Part shown: positions 1 to 10,383 of the stretch, piece by piece
Layout of the letters: the number at the start of each line of letters is the position of its first letter
Position numbering within the stretch: position 1 is the first letter of the stretch
Assembly (NCBI GenBank): GCA_000091165.1
Contig: FP565575.1
Coordinates: 510,001-542,000, forward strand
Reading direction: 5' to 3'
From: Candidatus Methylomirabilis oxygeniifera
Lineage (GTDB): Bacteria > Methylomirabilota > Methylomirabilia > Methylomirabilales > Methylomirabilaceae
Length of the DNA stretch: 32,000 nt
The notes under the pieces: generated by a model
What the model was told of the DNA's origin: nothing
Database searches by the model: none
Seen by the model: only the letters and a program-made list of their open reading frames with translations
Program-made: the position numbers and the translations under genes

Positions 1-1
1 G

Positions 2-1246
2 GCGCGTGTTCGAACGGTCTTTGAGAAGTGGGACCTCGACGCGGCGGTCATCGGGCATGTCACTGAGGGGGGGCTGCTGCGGGTGCTGGATCATGGCAGG
101 CCGGTCGCGGAGATCCCGGCCGATGCCTTGGCATCAGAGGCGCCCGCCTATCACCGGCCGAGCAGCCGCCCTTCCGAGGCTGATGCGCGGCAACGACTCG
201 ACCTGGATCGCCTTCCGTTGCCGGACGACTATGCGGCTGTCCTGTTGGAGCTGTTGCGGTCGCCCAACCTCTGTTGCAAGGAAGGGATCTGGGAGCGATA
301 TGACCACATGCTGTTTCTGGGCACGATCGTCGGACCGGGGTCTGATGCTGTCGTCCTGCGGCTACCCGGAGGCACGCGCGCCATTGCGCTCTCGATTGAC
401 GGCAATAGCCGCTATTGCACCGTAGATCCCTATCGGGGCGCGATGATCGCTGTGGCCGAGGCGGCCAGGAACGTTGTCTGCGGGGGCGGCGAGCCGCTCG
501 CCATTACCAACTGCCTGAACTTCGGCAATCCTGAGCGCCCGGAGATCATGTGGCAGTTCATTGAGGCGGTCAAGGGGATCGGCGAGGCCTGTCTGGCCTT
601 CCAGACCCCCGTCACCGGCGGCAACGTGAGCTTGTACAATGAGACATCGGGGAACGCGATCTTCCCCACGCCTATGATCGGGATGGTCGGCCTCCTGGAT
701 GATGTCGCGCACGCGACAGGCCAGTGGTTCCAGGCTGAAGGAGATATGGTGGCGCTCCTGGGGGATACACGGGAAGAGTTGGGGGCCAGCGAGTATCTTT
801 CGATCCGGTTCGATCTTGTGCAGGGTGAGCCGCCGGCGCTGGACCTGGCCAGGGAGCGGGCCGTACAGCGCACCTGCCTCGAGGCGATCCGAGCGGGGAT
901 CATTCGTTCGGCGCACGACTGCTCGGACGGGGGACTGGCCGTCGCGCTGGCGGAATCATGCCTGGGCGCGACACCGATCGGTGTCGATGTCCAACTGAAG
1001 GATACGATTCGCCCCGATGCGCTACTCTTCGGGGAATCACAATCCAGGATCGTTGTCTCCCTCAAGGCAACTGACTGGCTGAGATTGGAAAGGATTGCTG
1101 CGGCGCACCAGGTTCCTGTGACGCGCCTGGGCATCGCCGGGGGGACAAGGTTCAGACTTCACGGTCCGGCCTGCGGGCTTGATCTTCCCATGAGAGAGGT
1201 CGAGACCGCCTGGCGAAGCGGGTTGGCGTCGTCCCTGGGCGCGTAA
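2..1246 (+). CDS. purL: Phosphoribosylformylglycinamidine synthase subunit PurL, 5'-truncated by window edge
   Basis: Frame open from the window start (RVRTVFEKWDLDAAVIGHVTEGG...), continuing through NCLNFGNPERPEIMWQF, TPVTGGNVSLYNET and SDGGLAVALAES; stop TAA 1244-1246. Confidence 0.95.
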   Translation, partial: ARVRTVFEKWDLDAAVIGHVTEGGLLRVLDHGRPVAEIPADALASEAPAYHRPSSRPSEADARQRLDLDRLPLPDDYAAVLLELLRSPNLCCKEGIWERYDHMLFLGTIVGPGSDAVVLRLPGGTRAIALSIDGNSRYCTVDPYRGAMIAVAEAARNVVCGGGEPLAITNCLNFGNPERPEIMWQFIEAVKGIGEACLAFQTPVTGGNVSLYNETSGNAIFPTPMIGMVGLLDDVAHATGQWFQAEGDMVALLGDTREELGASEYLSIRFDLVQGEPPALDLARERAVQRTCLEAIRAGIIRSAHDCSDGGLAVALAESCLGATPIGVDVQLKDTIRPDALLFGESQSRIVVSLKATDWLRLERIAAAHQVPVTRLGIAGGTRFRLHGPACGLDLPMREVETAWRSGLASSLGA

Positions 1247-1263
1247 GGCGGGAGAGACGTAGA

Positions 1264-2568
1264 ATGAAATCGGTACAGATCGGCATACTGGGGTTCGGGA
1301 CGGTGGGTTCCGGGGTGGTGAAGCTGATTCAGGAAAACGGGGCACTCCTGGAGCAGCGGCTGGGCGGGCGGGTCGTCATCCGTCGAATTGCCGATACCGA
1401 CATCAACCGGCGGCGAAACGTTGATGTGGACCCGACCATACTGACCACCGATGCGGCGGCCGTGCTGGAGGATCCCGCGATCGATATCATTGTGGAGTTG
1501 ATCGGTGGCTGTGATATCGCGCTCAGGTTTTGCCGGGAGGCGCTGAACCGGAACAAGCATCTGGTCACAGCCAACAAGGCACTGCTGGCCACTCACGGGC
1601 TTGAACTGTATCGGATCGCCGCGGCGCGTCGGGTATCCATTGGGTTTGAGGCCAGTGTCTGTGGCGGCATTCCGTTGATCCGGGCGATGAAAGAGGGGCT
1701 GGTCGCCGATCGGGTCCGCTCGATTATCGGAATCGTGAACGGTACCTGCAATTATATCCTCACGACGATGACGGACAGCAGGCGGCCGTTTGCCGAGGTG
1801 TTGGCAGAGGCGCAAGCCCACGGCTACGCTGAGGCCGATCCCTCCTTTGATGTGGACGGGATCGACTCCGCCCACAAGCTCCAGATCCTGGCGACGCTGG
1901 CGTTCGGGACCTATGTCCCCTTTGATCGGATTCACGTCGAGGGGATCAGACAGATCGACGCCTCCGATATCGAATACGCCCGCGAGTTGGGATACCGGAT
2001 CAAGTTGCTGGCGATCGCCAAGCAGCTTAACGGTGAGCTGGAGGCGAGAGTGCATGCCGCCCTCGTTCCTGAAGATCACCTGCTGGCCTCGGTGGGTGGC
2101 GTCCACAACGCGGTCTATGTGGTCGGCGACGCGGTGGGTTCCTTAATGTTCTACGGACGCGGAGCAGGACAGATGCCGACCGCCTCTGCCGTGGTCAGCG
2201 ACATCGCCGAGATCGCCAGGGGCCTGTTGCACGATCCGACTGCGAGGGGCGTTCCGCCTCCGCAGATCTCCGGGGCGGAGGCCGAGGTCAAGGATATGGC
2301 GGCCGTTCGCTCCTGTTACTATCTCAGGATTATGGCGATCGATAAACCTGGGGTCCTCTCGAGGGTCACCGGGATTCTGGGCAGCAATAACATCAGCATT
2401 GTATCCGTCATCCAAAAAGGCCGCCATGAGCAGAGCGCCGTCCCCATCGTCATGTTGACCCATGAAGCGGCAGAGGGCGATATGCAACGGTCGCTTCGCG
2501 CCATCAGCCAACTTGATGTGGTCAGTGAAGGGACCGTCTGTCTCAGGGTTGAGGGCGTGACCGATTGA
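1264..2568 (+). CDS. hom: Homoserine dehydrogenase with C-terminal ACT domain
   Basis: 434 aa ORF; GFGTVGSGVV nucleotide-binding N-terminus, VTANKALLATHG, GIVNGTCNYILT, ACT-like GVLSRVTGILGSNNISIVSVIQ. Confidence 0.95.
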   Translation: MKSVQIGILGFGTVGSGVVKLIQENGALLEQRLGGRVVIRRIADTDINRRRNVDVDPTILTTDAAAVLEDPAIDIIVELIGGCDIALRFCREALNRNKHLVTANKALLATHGLELYRIAAARRVSIGFEASVCGGIPLIRAMKEGLVADRVRSIIGIVNGTCNYILTTMTDSRRPFAEVLAEAQAHGYAEADPSFDVDGIDSAHKLQILATLAFGTYVPFDRIHVEGIRQIDASDIEYARELGYRIKLLAIAKQLNGELEARVHAALVPEDHLLASVGGVHNAVYVVGDAVGSLMFYGRGAGQMPTASAVVSDIAEIARGLLHDPTARGVPPPQISGAEAEVKDMAAVRSCYYLRIMAIDKPGVLSRVTGILGSNNISIVSVIQKGRHEQSAVPIVMLTHEAAEGDMQRSLRAISQLDVVSEGTVCLRVEGVTD

Positions 2569-2575
2569 GCCGACT

Positions 2576-3640
2576 ATGAAGACCATGAGTTGGAAGGGGA
2601 TCATCGAACAGTATCGGGCGTTTTTGCCTGTGACGGACCGGACGCCGGTCGTCACACTGGGCGAGGGCAATACGCCGCTGGTGCGCGCTGAACGGCTCCG
2701 GGCGGCGATCGGGATTGAGGCGGAGGTCTATCTGAAGTACGAGGGGCTCAACCCGACCGGCTCGTTTAAGGATCGGGGGATGACCCTCGCCATTACCAAG
2801 GCGGCAGAGGAGGGTGCGAGAGCTGTCATCTGCGCCTCGACCGGCAATACCTCGGCCTCCGCCGCAGCGTACGCAACGCGGGCGGGGCTGCGAGCCTATG
2901 TGCTTATCCCGGAGGGAAAGATCGCGCTGGGTAAGCTGGCGCAGGCGATGATTCATGGCGCGCAGGTGCTGCAGATTGAAGGCAACTTCGACCAGGCCCT
3001 GCAGATCGTCAGGCGCGTGGCTGCCGATCTGCCGATTGTATTGGTCAACTCGGTCAACCCATATCGGATCGAGGGTCAGAAGAGCGGCGCCTTTGAGGTC
3101 TGCGACCGGCTCGGCCGGAGTCCGGACTACCACTTTATTCCGGTAGGCAATGGGGGCAATATTACCGCCTACTGGAAGGGGTATCAGGAATATCTGAAGG
3201 CCGGACGGATCAGCTCGCTGCCAAAGATGATGGGATGGCAGGCAGAAGGCGCGGCGCCGATCGTCCTGGGAAGGGTGGTCGAACAACCGGAGACGATCGC
3301 GACGGCCATTCGGATCGGGAACCCTGCAAGCTGGAATGGGGCGGTGGCGGCCTCGGCCGAGTCCGGCGGACAGATTGACATGGTCTCCGACAGTGAGATC
3401 ATCGACGCCTACCGCCTCCTGGCTTCCATGGAGGGGGTCTTTTGTGAGCTGGCCTCAGCGTCGTCCGTGGCCGGCCTCATCAAATACTGCCGGTCGAATC
3501 GCCTGCCGAAGGATGCGGTGGTGGTGTGCGTGCTGACGGGACATGGCCTGAAAGAGCCTGATGCTGCCATCCGTCTTTCGCAGCAACCTGTAACAGTGAA
3601 GGCCGATCCTGAGGCTGTGCTGAAGCTCCTGTCGGTCTAG
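2576..3640 (+). CDS. thrC: Threonine synthase
   Basis: 354 aa ORF; NPTGSFKDRGMTLAITKA PLP-lysine motif, STGNTSASAAAYA, PVGNGGNITAYWKGY; directly follows hom. Confidence 0.95.
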   Translation: MKTMSWKGIIEQYRAFLPVTDRTPVVTLGEGNTPLVRAERLRAAIGIEAEVYLKYEGLNPTGSFKDRGMTLAITKAAEEGARAVICASTGNTSASAAAYATRAGLRAYVLIPEGKIALGKLAQAMIHGAQVLQIEGNFDQALQIVRRVAADLPIVLVNSVNPYRIEGQKSGAFEVCDRLGRSPDYHFIPVGNGGNITAYWKGYQEYLKAGRISSLPKMMGWQAEGAAPIVLGRVVEQPETIATAIRIGNPASWNGAVAASAESGGQIDMVSDSEIIDAYRLLASMEGVFCELASASSVAGLIKYCRSNRLPKDAVVVCVLTGHGLKEPDAAIRLSQQPVTVKADPEAVLKLLSV

Positions 3641-3661
3641 AGCCGGCCAAGCGATTTTCGT

Positions 3662-3690
3662 TTGACAGGCGGGATCGGCGACGCTATAGT
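3662..3690 (+). promoter_or_regulatory. Sigma70-type promoter upstream of tRNA-Gly
   Basis: TTGACA (3662-3667), 17-nt spacer, TATAGT (3685-3690), 11 nt before the tRNA 5' end. Confidence 0.75.
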
Positions 3691-3701
3691 GCTCTGCGGA
3701 T

Positions 3702-3776
3702 GCGGGAATAGCTCAGCGGTAGAGCATCGCCTTGCCAAGGCGAGGGTCGCGGGTTCAAATCCCGTTTCCCGCTCCA
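3702..3776 (+). tRNA. tRNA-Gly(GCC)
   Basis: GCGGGAA...TTCCCGC acceptor stem, anticodon loop TTGCCAA, GGTTCAAATCC T-arm, encoded CCA. Confidence 0.96.
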
Positions 3777-3907
3777 ACCTTGTGACTGACGAACCGTTAT
3801 TGAGCGGATACATGAAGTAATCGGCATGTTGCCCATGGCCGTGCCCACCCAGTGTCTCTTACCCTACCGCCTGAATTGCTGGATCACGTCATCGTTGCCT
3901 CCCTCAT

Positions 3908-3983
3908 GGCGGCGTAGCCAAGTGGCTAAGGCAGAGGTCTGCAAAACCTTTATTCGGCGGTTCGAGTCCGCCCGCCGCCTCCA
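3908..3983 (+). tRNA. tRNA-Cys(GCA)
   Basis: GGCGGCG...CGCCGCC acceptor stem, anticodon loop CTGCAAA, GGTTCGAGTCC T-arm, encoded CCA. Confidence 0.94.
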
Positions 3984-4218
3984 CGCTTCCTTTGATGTGC
4001 ATACGGATTTCGCGTACTGTCTCTCAGGGGTATTCACGTGACTCCGATCGATCCGGCATATTGGGGTAGTCCTTCTATTGTATTCCCGGTACGTCGAGAG
4101 CGACAAACAGGCGTGTCATCCAATGCTTAGGTCATACGCGGGTGACGCTTTACTCCCCTATGTACTCCGTCGGCGCTCCGTAAGCCGCTGAACGGGGCGT
4201 GAGTCTGCTTATTATTAT

Positions 4219-4809
4219 TTGTGGAGGAACCCTATGGAACCTATGGATGGGGAAGAGAAGGAGAAGCAAGAGAAGAAGCATACAAAGTGGGTGAAGAGTG
4301 TCATGGGTATCGTCGCGCTTGGGGAAGCGGTTGTGATTTTTATTGGTATTCAGTTCATCCCCTACGGCCGGGGGTACAACAATCCTCCGGTGAAAACTGA
4401 GCCCCAATGGAACAGCCCCCAAACAAGAGAGCTATTTTTCCGTGCCTGTGGTGATTGTCACAGCAATGAAGTTGTCTGGCCATGGTATGGCTACATTGCA
4501 CCCGTGTCATGGTTCATTCAACACGACATCGACAAGGGTCGCGCTGCCCTCAACGTGTCGGAATGGGGACGTGTAGAGGAGAATAGTGGCGACGCTGCAG
4601 AAACCGTCAAGAACGGCTCAATGCCGCCTTGGGCCTATACAATCTTGCGTTCGTCGGCGAATATGGCTGCTTCCGAGAAGGAGACGTTCGTTCAGGGACT
4701 GGTAGCCACATTCGGCGAGCAGAAGAGCGACGAAAAAAGTAAAAAGAAGGTGGACGACTCGATACACTTCTTCCCCGTTCGTAAAGATGATCAGGGTACG
4801 GACAAATGA
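4219..4809 (+). CDS. Haem-binding domain protein with a single CxxCH motif and N-terminal membrane segment
   Basis: 196 aa ORF; VKSVMGIVALGEAVVIFIGIQF hydrophobic segment followed by FFRACGDCHSNEVVWPWYGYIAPVSW. An internal ATG at 4234 is the more likely start. Confidence 0.8.
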   Translation: MWRNPMEPMDGEEKEKQEKKHTKWVKSVMGIVALGEAVVIFIGIQFIPYGRGYNNPPVKTEPQWNSPQTRELFFRACGDCHSNEVVWPWYGYIAPVSWFIQHDIDKGRAALNVSEWGRVEENSGDAAETVKNGSMPPWAYTILRSSANMAASEKETFVQGLVATFGEQKSDEKSKKKVDDSIHFFPVRKDDQGTDK

Positions 4810-4867
4810 GATGCGCGTATTCCAATTGCTGCGGCGATCAACTCTGAACGCCGGATAAGAGCGAGTC

Positions 4868-6019
4868 ATGGACTTTGAGCTGAGCGAGGAACAACAGGCG
4901 GTCCGGACGATGGTCCGGGAGTGTGCCGAGCGAGAAATCGCGCCGGTCGCCGCCGAGATCGATGAGCAGGAACGGTTCCCGACCGGGATCATTCGAAAGC
5001 TGTCGGAGCTTGGGCTCATGGGTATTCTCTTTCCCAAGGCGTACGGAGGCGCGGGGATGGACTACATCAGCTATGCCCTGATCCTTGAAGAGCTCGGGCG
5101 ATACGATGCGTCGGTTGCGCTGACCGTGGAGTCGCACAACTCGCTTTGCAGCAATCACATTTATCTCTTTGGAAACGAGGCTCAGAGGAGTCGGTATCTA
5201 CCGCAACTGACCAGCGGCCAAGCCCTTGGCGCGTGGGCGATGACGGAGCCTGGGTCTGGGAGTGATGCCGCCGGGATGCAGGCTACTGCAGTGCTGGAAG
5301 GCGACCACTGGGTCCTGAACGGGACAAAGAACTTCATCACGCAGGGAAGCGTGGCGGGCATCTACGTGATTATGGCGCTCACCGATCGGGCCACGCGGGA
5401 GCGGGGGATCTCGGCCTTCATCGTGGAGCAGGGGACGCCTGGGTTGCGGGTCGGTCGGAAAGAGCACAAGATGGGATTCCGCGCCTCCGACACGGCTCAG
5501 GTGATTCTGGAAGATGTGCGTATTCCGGACGCGAACCTGCTGGGCGACCTACACCACGGCTTTATCGATGCGTTGACGATCCTGGATGCGGGGCGGATCG
5601 GGATGGCCGCCCTCAGCGTCGGTATCGCCCGCGGCTGTCTGGAGGAAGGGCTGAAGTACGCTAAAGAGCGCCAGGCCTTCGGCCGGCCAATAGCCAACTT
5701 TGAAGCGATTCAATGGAAGCTGGCCGACATGGCCACGGAAATTGACGCGGCCAGGCTTCTGGTCTTGCAGGCGGCCTATCTGAAAGACACCGATCAGCCG
5801 TTTACGAAGGAGGCGTCGTATGCCAAGCTCTTTGCCTCAGAGACGGCCATGAAGGCCGCCACTGAGGCAGTGCAGATCCACGGCGGCTATGGCTACATTA
5901 AGGAGTTTCCTGTCGAACGATATTTCCGGGACGCCAAGTTTTGCGCCATCGGCGAAGGAACCTCCGAGATCCAGCGCCTAATCATCGCCCGCGAACTGTT
6001 GGGTCGAGCGTATGTGTGA
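4868..6019 (+). CDS. Acyl-CoA dehydrogenase (short-chain/butyryl-CoA type)
   Basis: 383 aa ORF; [61 protein letters not shown]. Confidence 0.93.
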   Translation: MDFELSEEQQAVRTMVRECAEREIAPVAAEIDEQERFPTGIIRKLSELGLMGILFPKAYGGAGMDYISYALILEELGRYDASVALTVESHNSLCSNHIYLFGNEAQRSRYLPQLTSGQALGAWAMTEPGSGSDAAGMQATAVLEGDHWVLNGTKNFITQGSVAGIYVIMALTDRATRERGISAFIVEQGTPGLRVGRKEHKMGFRASDTAQVILEDVRIPDANLLGDLHHGFIDALTILDAGRIGMAALSVGIARGCLEEGLKYAKERQAFGRPIANFEAIQWKLADMATEIDAARLLVLQAAYLKDTDQPFTKEASYAKLFASETAMKAATEAVQIHGGYGYIKEFPVERYFRDAKFCAIGEGTSEIQRLIIARELLGRAYV

Positions 6020-6282
6020 AAGATAGGGTGTAGGGGGTAGACGACGGCCGGCTCCGCTTAATCTCGCCGTACGTCCATGTACGGCTCGAATCGGCGCTGG
6101 CAGGCTGCGCTATCCGTGCTTCGCCTGCCATCGACGACGCGTCGCCACCCGCCGTCCACCCCGGCTTCTGTGACGTAGATGTCTTAGAAGCGTGTGCGGA
6201 GTACAGGATGCAGAAGCGAGATAGATCTTCCCGTACTTTACCCTATCCCCTAAACCCTATACCCTGTTTTTTTTGATGACGC

Positions 6283-7220
6283 ATGGAACTGGTAGACAAA
6301 ATTCTCAAAGGTGATGTACGCGCGGCGGCCCGCCTCATGACCATGATAGAAAACGGCGATGCCGAGGCCAGGGCCGCGCTAAAGTCACTCTACCCCCACA
6401 CCGGTTCAGCCCACATCATCGGGATCACCGGTCCGCCGGGCTCAGGAAAGAGCACGCTGGCAGACCGGCTGACCGAAGAGTTGCGAAAACGCGACAAGAC
6501 GGTAGGGATTGTCGCAGTGGATCCGACGAGCCCCTTCACCGGAGGCGCGATTCTGGGCGACCGGATCCGGATGCAAAGCCACAGCCTGGACGCGGGCGTT
6601 TTTATCCGCAGTATGGCGACGCGCGGCCACTTGGGCGGCCTCGCCCGCGCCACCAACGAAATTGTGGACGTCATGGATGCGGCGGGGAAAGAGGTGATTC
6701 TGATCGAGACGGTGGGGGTCGGCCAGGACGAGGTGGAGGTCGTGGGAACGGCGCACACCTGCGTGGTGGTCTCGGTTCCCGGATTGGGCGACGAGGTGCA
6801 GACGTTCAAAGCGGGCGTTCTGGAGATCGGCGACCTGTTCGTGGTCAACAAGGCCGACCGTGAGGGCGCGAACCGGACCGCCACAGAACTTGAGATGATG
6901 CTGCATATGGCGCCTAAAGGGGCCGCCTGGTCTCCAAAGGTTCTCAAGACGGTCGCCACGACAGGGGAAGTATCGCAGCGCTGCTGGATGCGATCTTCGA
7001 GCACAAAGCCTTCATGGATGAGCGCGATCTACAGAAGCAGAAAGGGCGGGAGCGAGGCGAGCGTGCATTTCGGGTGCTGCTGCAGGAGACGCTCACGGCC
7101 AGAGCGCTGGAGCAGTTCGATCGGAACGGCCGCATGCAGGAGCTGATCGCCCGCGTCGCCGATCGCACCCTCGATCCCTACACCGCCGTCGAAGAAGTCC
7201 TCGCCAAGCTCGGCCTATAG
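6283..7220 (+). pseudogene. meaB: MeaB-type GTPase (methylmalonyl-CoA mutase chaperone/ArgK family), interrupted by one frameshift
   Basis: ITGPPGSGKSTLADRL Walker A, ETVGVGQDEVEV, NKADREGA. The frame is lost near 6965; the +1-shifted frame continues as SIAALLDAIFEHKAFMDERDLQKQKGRERGERAF...EEVLAKLGL, ending at 7220. Confidence 0.88.
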
Positions 7221-7325
7221 GGCCCCTCAGCGGTCATTGCGAGGGAGTGGAGCGACCGTGGCAATCTCACAGTATTTGGCGTTATGGTTTGGAGCCGGTA
7301 AGAACGCATGTACCGAACAGTACCG

Positions 7326-8246
7326 TTAGGGAGCCTCCCGCAACTTGAACGAGACGCTGTAATACCGCACGTCGATATTCGTGGTCATCTCCAACGCGTA
7401 GGACAGTTTCGGATCGGGGTCACGGCAGATAACCAACCCCTTCACAGCCTGACCATCCGAGCAGATATTTTTCTTGACCCAACCCATATACCTTAGAATT
7501 TGGCCAATCACCTGATCCGACGGACGGCCTTTCTTGAGTTCAATGACGACAAACGACTCGGACTTAGGCTCGACTGCCAAAATGTCTATCGGACCAATGT
7601 CAGTAGCGTACTGCTGACTGTCATTGCCGTCGGCGTCCTCGAAGATCTTGAGCTCGCCTTTGAAAATCGTAGCGAAATTGCTTACGACGAAGTCTTCCAG
7701 GTACTTCTCCAGAACAAACGCATTGGGGTCTTCAATTGGTTCAGGCGCCTGCGACGGAACTATTGGTAGTCCGGCGCCTTCAACGAGGGCGTGGAACTGC
7801 TCCTCCGAGAATTCGGCGAGCGTGTGCATTGGGAAGACCACTCCGGGGAACGGCTTATCGCGCGGTTGTTCGTGCCACGAGACTTTCAGGAAGTTCTGGT
7901 GCGTATGTGCAGGATTCCTGCCCGGGGCGTAGAACGCTGGTTCGCTGACCGTACCCACGGCCGCGAGGGTTTTACGGCCTCTTCGGGCGACCACGATGTC
8001 ACCAGGGTAAATCTCGTGGTAGAAGGCCCAGAGCATGTTGGCAAAGAGACCCTTCGTTTGTTGCGGCTTGTCCGGATATGTTGACGCAACCACTTCGGAC
8101 AACTCTTGCCGGTTCACCTTCGAGACATCACCGAGCTGCGTCCAACCAATGGAGATGAGGTCGTTGGCCAAGTCGAACTGCCACACTTGGTCAAACATCT
8201 CTGTCGGCTTCGCCTCAACAGGAGCGATTACCCAATAACGTGGCAT
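7326..8246 (-). CDS. Putative nuclease: N-terminal EVE/PUA-like region plus C-terminal NucS/DUF91-like PD-(D/E)XK domain
   Basis: 306 aa ORF; N-terminus MPRYWVIAPVEAKPTEMFDQVWQFDLANDLISIGWTQLG; C-terminus DIGPIDILAVEPKSESFVVIELKKGRPSDQVIGQILRYMGWV with D...E-x-K spacing. Confidence 0.6.
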   Translation of the reverse strand: MPRYWVIAPVEAKPTEMFDQVWQFDLANDLISIGWTQLGDVSKVNRQELSEVVASTYPDKPQQTKGLFANMLWAFYHEIYPGDIVVARRGRKTLAAVGTVSEPAFYAPGRNPAHTHQNFLKVSWHEQPRDKPFPGVVFPMHTLAEFSEEQFHALVEGAGLPIVPSQAPEPIEDPNAFVLEKYLEDFVVSNFATIFKGELKIFEDADGNDSQQYATDIGPIDILAVEPKSESFVVIELKKGRPSDQVIGQILRYMGWVKKNICSDGQAVKGLVICRDPDPKLSYALEMTTNIDVRYYSVSFKLREAP

Positions 8247-8533
8247 TGATTATTCCTTTTGATTACCGTGGCTTGGGCTTCCTAACTATAGAGTAGACTG
8301 ATCGGTCTATCTCGATCGACTATTTTCGTAGTTAACGTGGATTCTATTGTGTTCTTTGCGCCAGCTACTGGCCGGGTGGGTGGCTGTACCCCTTCTATTC
8401 TCGAAATGAACGGCTGCAACAGCCGGCTTCTATGGATGACTGCGGCGATTAAGGCCTCCGTTGCCTGACGAAGAGGTGACCGGAATCCGGATTTATTGGC
8501 GATCCGGCGGACCGGTTGGTTCGGTGAACGACC

Positions 8534-8776
8534 CTATGCAGCTAATCTGGCTTCGTTCTGTACGATGATCTTGGGATCTTTCACTTTCGGAGGCACGGGC
8601 AGACCTCGTTCTTCGAGCAGTTCTACGTGTTCCTTCATTCCCCATTTCGCCTTATACACGCAGTCCTCGATGGAGTGACCAATCCCCGTAAATCCTTCCA
8701 GATCAGGAGAAAAAAACCCAAAATAATCGGGTTCCTCCGTTGCCTCGATGGTCAAAGAATAGGGCAGATCAATCAT
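8534..8776 (-). CDS. hicB: HicB-family antitoxin
   Basis: 80 aa ORF; YSLTIEATEEPDYFGFFSPDLEGFTGIGHSIEDCVYKAKWGMKEHVELLEERGLPVPPK. Confidence 0.75.
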   Translation of the reverse strand: MIDLPYSLTIEATEEPDYFGFFSPDLEGFTGIGHSIEDCVYKAKWGMKEHVELLEERGLPVPPKVKDPKIIVQNEARLAA

Positions 8777-8972
8777 GACTTCCTCCCTTCTGTATTCCTG
8801 CTGACTTCAGTATATGATGGCACGTGCCGCTGGGCACTTCCTTGGCCCCATGATAGTCAATCCGAATCAATGCAGGCCAGCCAGCTTTCCCATAATATCG
8901 GATGGACCCTTTCTCCCTCACCAGCTCGAATCCATGAGCTTCAAGCAGTCTCACCAACTCACTGAACTTCAA
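8769..8972 (-). CDS. hicA: HicA-family toxin (start refined to TTG at 8972)
   Basis: LKFSELVRLLEAHGFELVREKGSIRYYGKAGWPALIRIDYHGAKEVPSGTCHHILKSAGI; AGGAG upstream of TTG; 3' end overlaps the hicB start. The annotated 162-aa ORF is over-extended. Confidence 0.75.
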   Translation of the reverse strand: MKFSELVRLLEAHGFELVREKGSIRYYGKAGWPALIRIDYHGAKEVPSGTCHHILKSAGIQKGGSHD

Positions 8973-9405
8973 GATGGTCTCCTGTAGTCCACCGTCTATG
9001 ACATGCCAGTTTCCAGATGCCTCATACTGACACCGAACGCTGTCGGTAACCTGCGGGGCGGCAGATGAAGATAGAGCCACCGACTCTTCAGAGAAGAGCT
9101 GGAGTCGGGGTGTGTCCGTGCGAAGAGCTGGATCACATCTCGTCGGATAAGCTTCACTGAGCGATAATAGCAGACCGCTATTGTTTATCAAAGGACCGGC
9201 TGTGCTTCGGACCCAACAGGCCAGAGTGGTCCGCGCGGAGAAGTCCCACGCGTGCATGGCCGCCGGGAAGCGGCTGGTGAGAGTCGGAAAGCAGCAGTGA
9301 TTTTACTTGCCTTCCAAAATGTTTCAGCTTATAGGTCAGGCTATGAGCAGGAGAGAATACGTCGATGCAGGAGAGATCCTCACTAAAATCGGGCTGTAGG
9401 AGATT

Positions 9406-10383
9406 ATGAGCATGGATGTATTGCAGGCAGGTATCGGCGAATTCAGCGTCACAGACCCGGACGATCTGCGGGCCTTCATGCGCACCGAGAAGCGGCGGGC
9501 GATGGTGGACAAGGTCATGCCTGAAGCTGAGGCGGTTCGCCGCTATGTGAAGGACGGCGATTATGTGAGCTTCGACTTCTCCTCCTTTACTAGAGGCCCG
9601 GCCTCGCTTGTCCGGGAGATCATCCGCCAACGGAGGCGTGACCTCTGGTTTGCGGCGAAGTTTACGCTCATGGAAACGACGCTGCTGGCGGTCGGAGGCT
9701 GTTTGCGTGGGGTCGACGTGGGATTTCTGGGCCTTGGCCAGCTTATCGGCAAGTGGGTGCAGGAGGGGCGGATCAAGGTGACAGAGTGGACCAACGGGAC
9801 CTTGACGCTTCGCCACCTGGCCGGGGCGATGGGGGTGCCGTTTCTGCCGACCAGGAACCTGCTGGCGACAGATACCCTGACCTACTCCGGCGCCAAGGTG
9901 GTGCAGGATCCGTTCACCGGCAAGCCGATCGCGCTGGTCCCTGCCGTCAACCCCGATGTCGGACTGGTCCATGTCCATCAGTGCGATATCTACGGCAACG
10001 CTCGCTGCTTTGGCCCTGGTGTCTCGCCGCTGGAGACGGCCATGGCCTCCAAGCGGACGATTCTCTCGACCGAAGAGATCATCACGACCGACGACATCCG
10101 CAAGGAGCCGTCGAAGACCACCATCCCGTACTACATGGTGGATGCCGTCGTCTATGCCCCATTCGGCTGCCTGCCTGGGGGGACACAAGGGATCTACGAG
10201 ATGGATATCCCGCACTTCCTGGAGTTCATGGGCGCCTCACGCGACGAGCAGAAGATGGCCGCCTATCTCGACAAGTATGTCTATAGCGTCGCCACCCACG
10301 AGGAGTTTTTAGACAAGCGCGTGGGGATGGCGAGGCTCCTGGACCTGAAGCGGCAGGCGACGATCAAGGAGGGGTACCATTGA
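9406..10383 (+). CDS. CoA-transferase subunit A (glutaconate CoA-transferase/IpdA-like family)
   Basis: 325 aa ORF; SFDFSSFTRGPASLVREIIRQ, VGFLGLGQLIGKW, PDVGLVHVHQCDIYGNARCFGP. Confidence 0.85.
   Translation: MSMDVLQAGIGEFSVTDPDDLRAFMRTEKRRAMVDKVMPEAEAVRRYVKDGDYVSFDFSSFTRGPASLVREIIRQRRRDLWFAAKFTLMETTLLAVGGCLRGVDVGFLGLGQLIGKWVQEGRIKVTEWTNGTLTLRHLAGAMGVPFLPTRNLLATDTLTYSGAKVVQDPFTGKPIALVPAVNPDVGLVHVHQCDIYGNARCFGPGVSPLETAMASKRTILSTEEIITTDDIRKEPSKTTIPYYMVDAVVYAPFGCLPGGTQGIYEMDIPHFLEFMGASRDEQKMAAYLDKYVYSVATHEEFLDKRVGMARLLDLKRQATIKEGYH

Noticed and set aside
1159-2106. 315-aa ORF on the minus strand opposite hom
   Set aside because: Shadow ORF: the plus strand encodes a clear homoserine dehydrogenase, and the antisense translation has no recognisable family features.
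2543-3286. 247-aa minus-strand ORF opposite thrC
   Set aside because: High-GC antisense shadow of a well-supported gene.
6020-6270. Imperfect GGGTGTAGGGGGT / ACCCTATCCCCTAAACCCT inverted motifs between the acyl-CoA dehydrogenase gene and meaB as a mobile element end
   Set aside because: Too imperfect, with no transposase remnant or target duplication visible; could just be intergenic low-complexity sequence.
9178-10215. 345-aa minus-strand ORF opposite CoA-transferase subunit A
   Set aside because: Lacks family motifs; the plus-strand frame is clearly coding.
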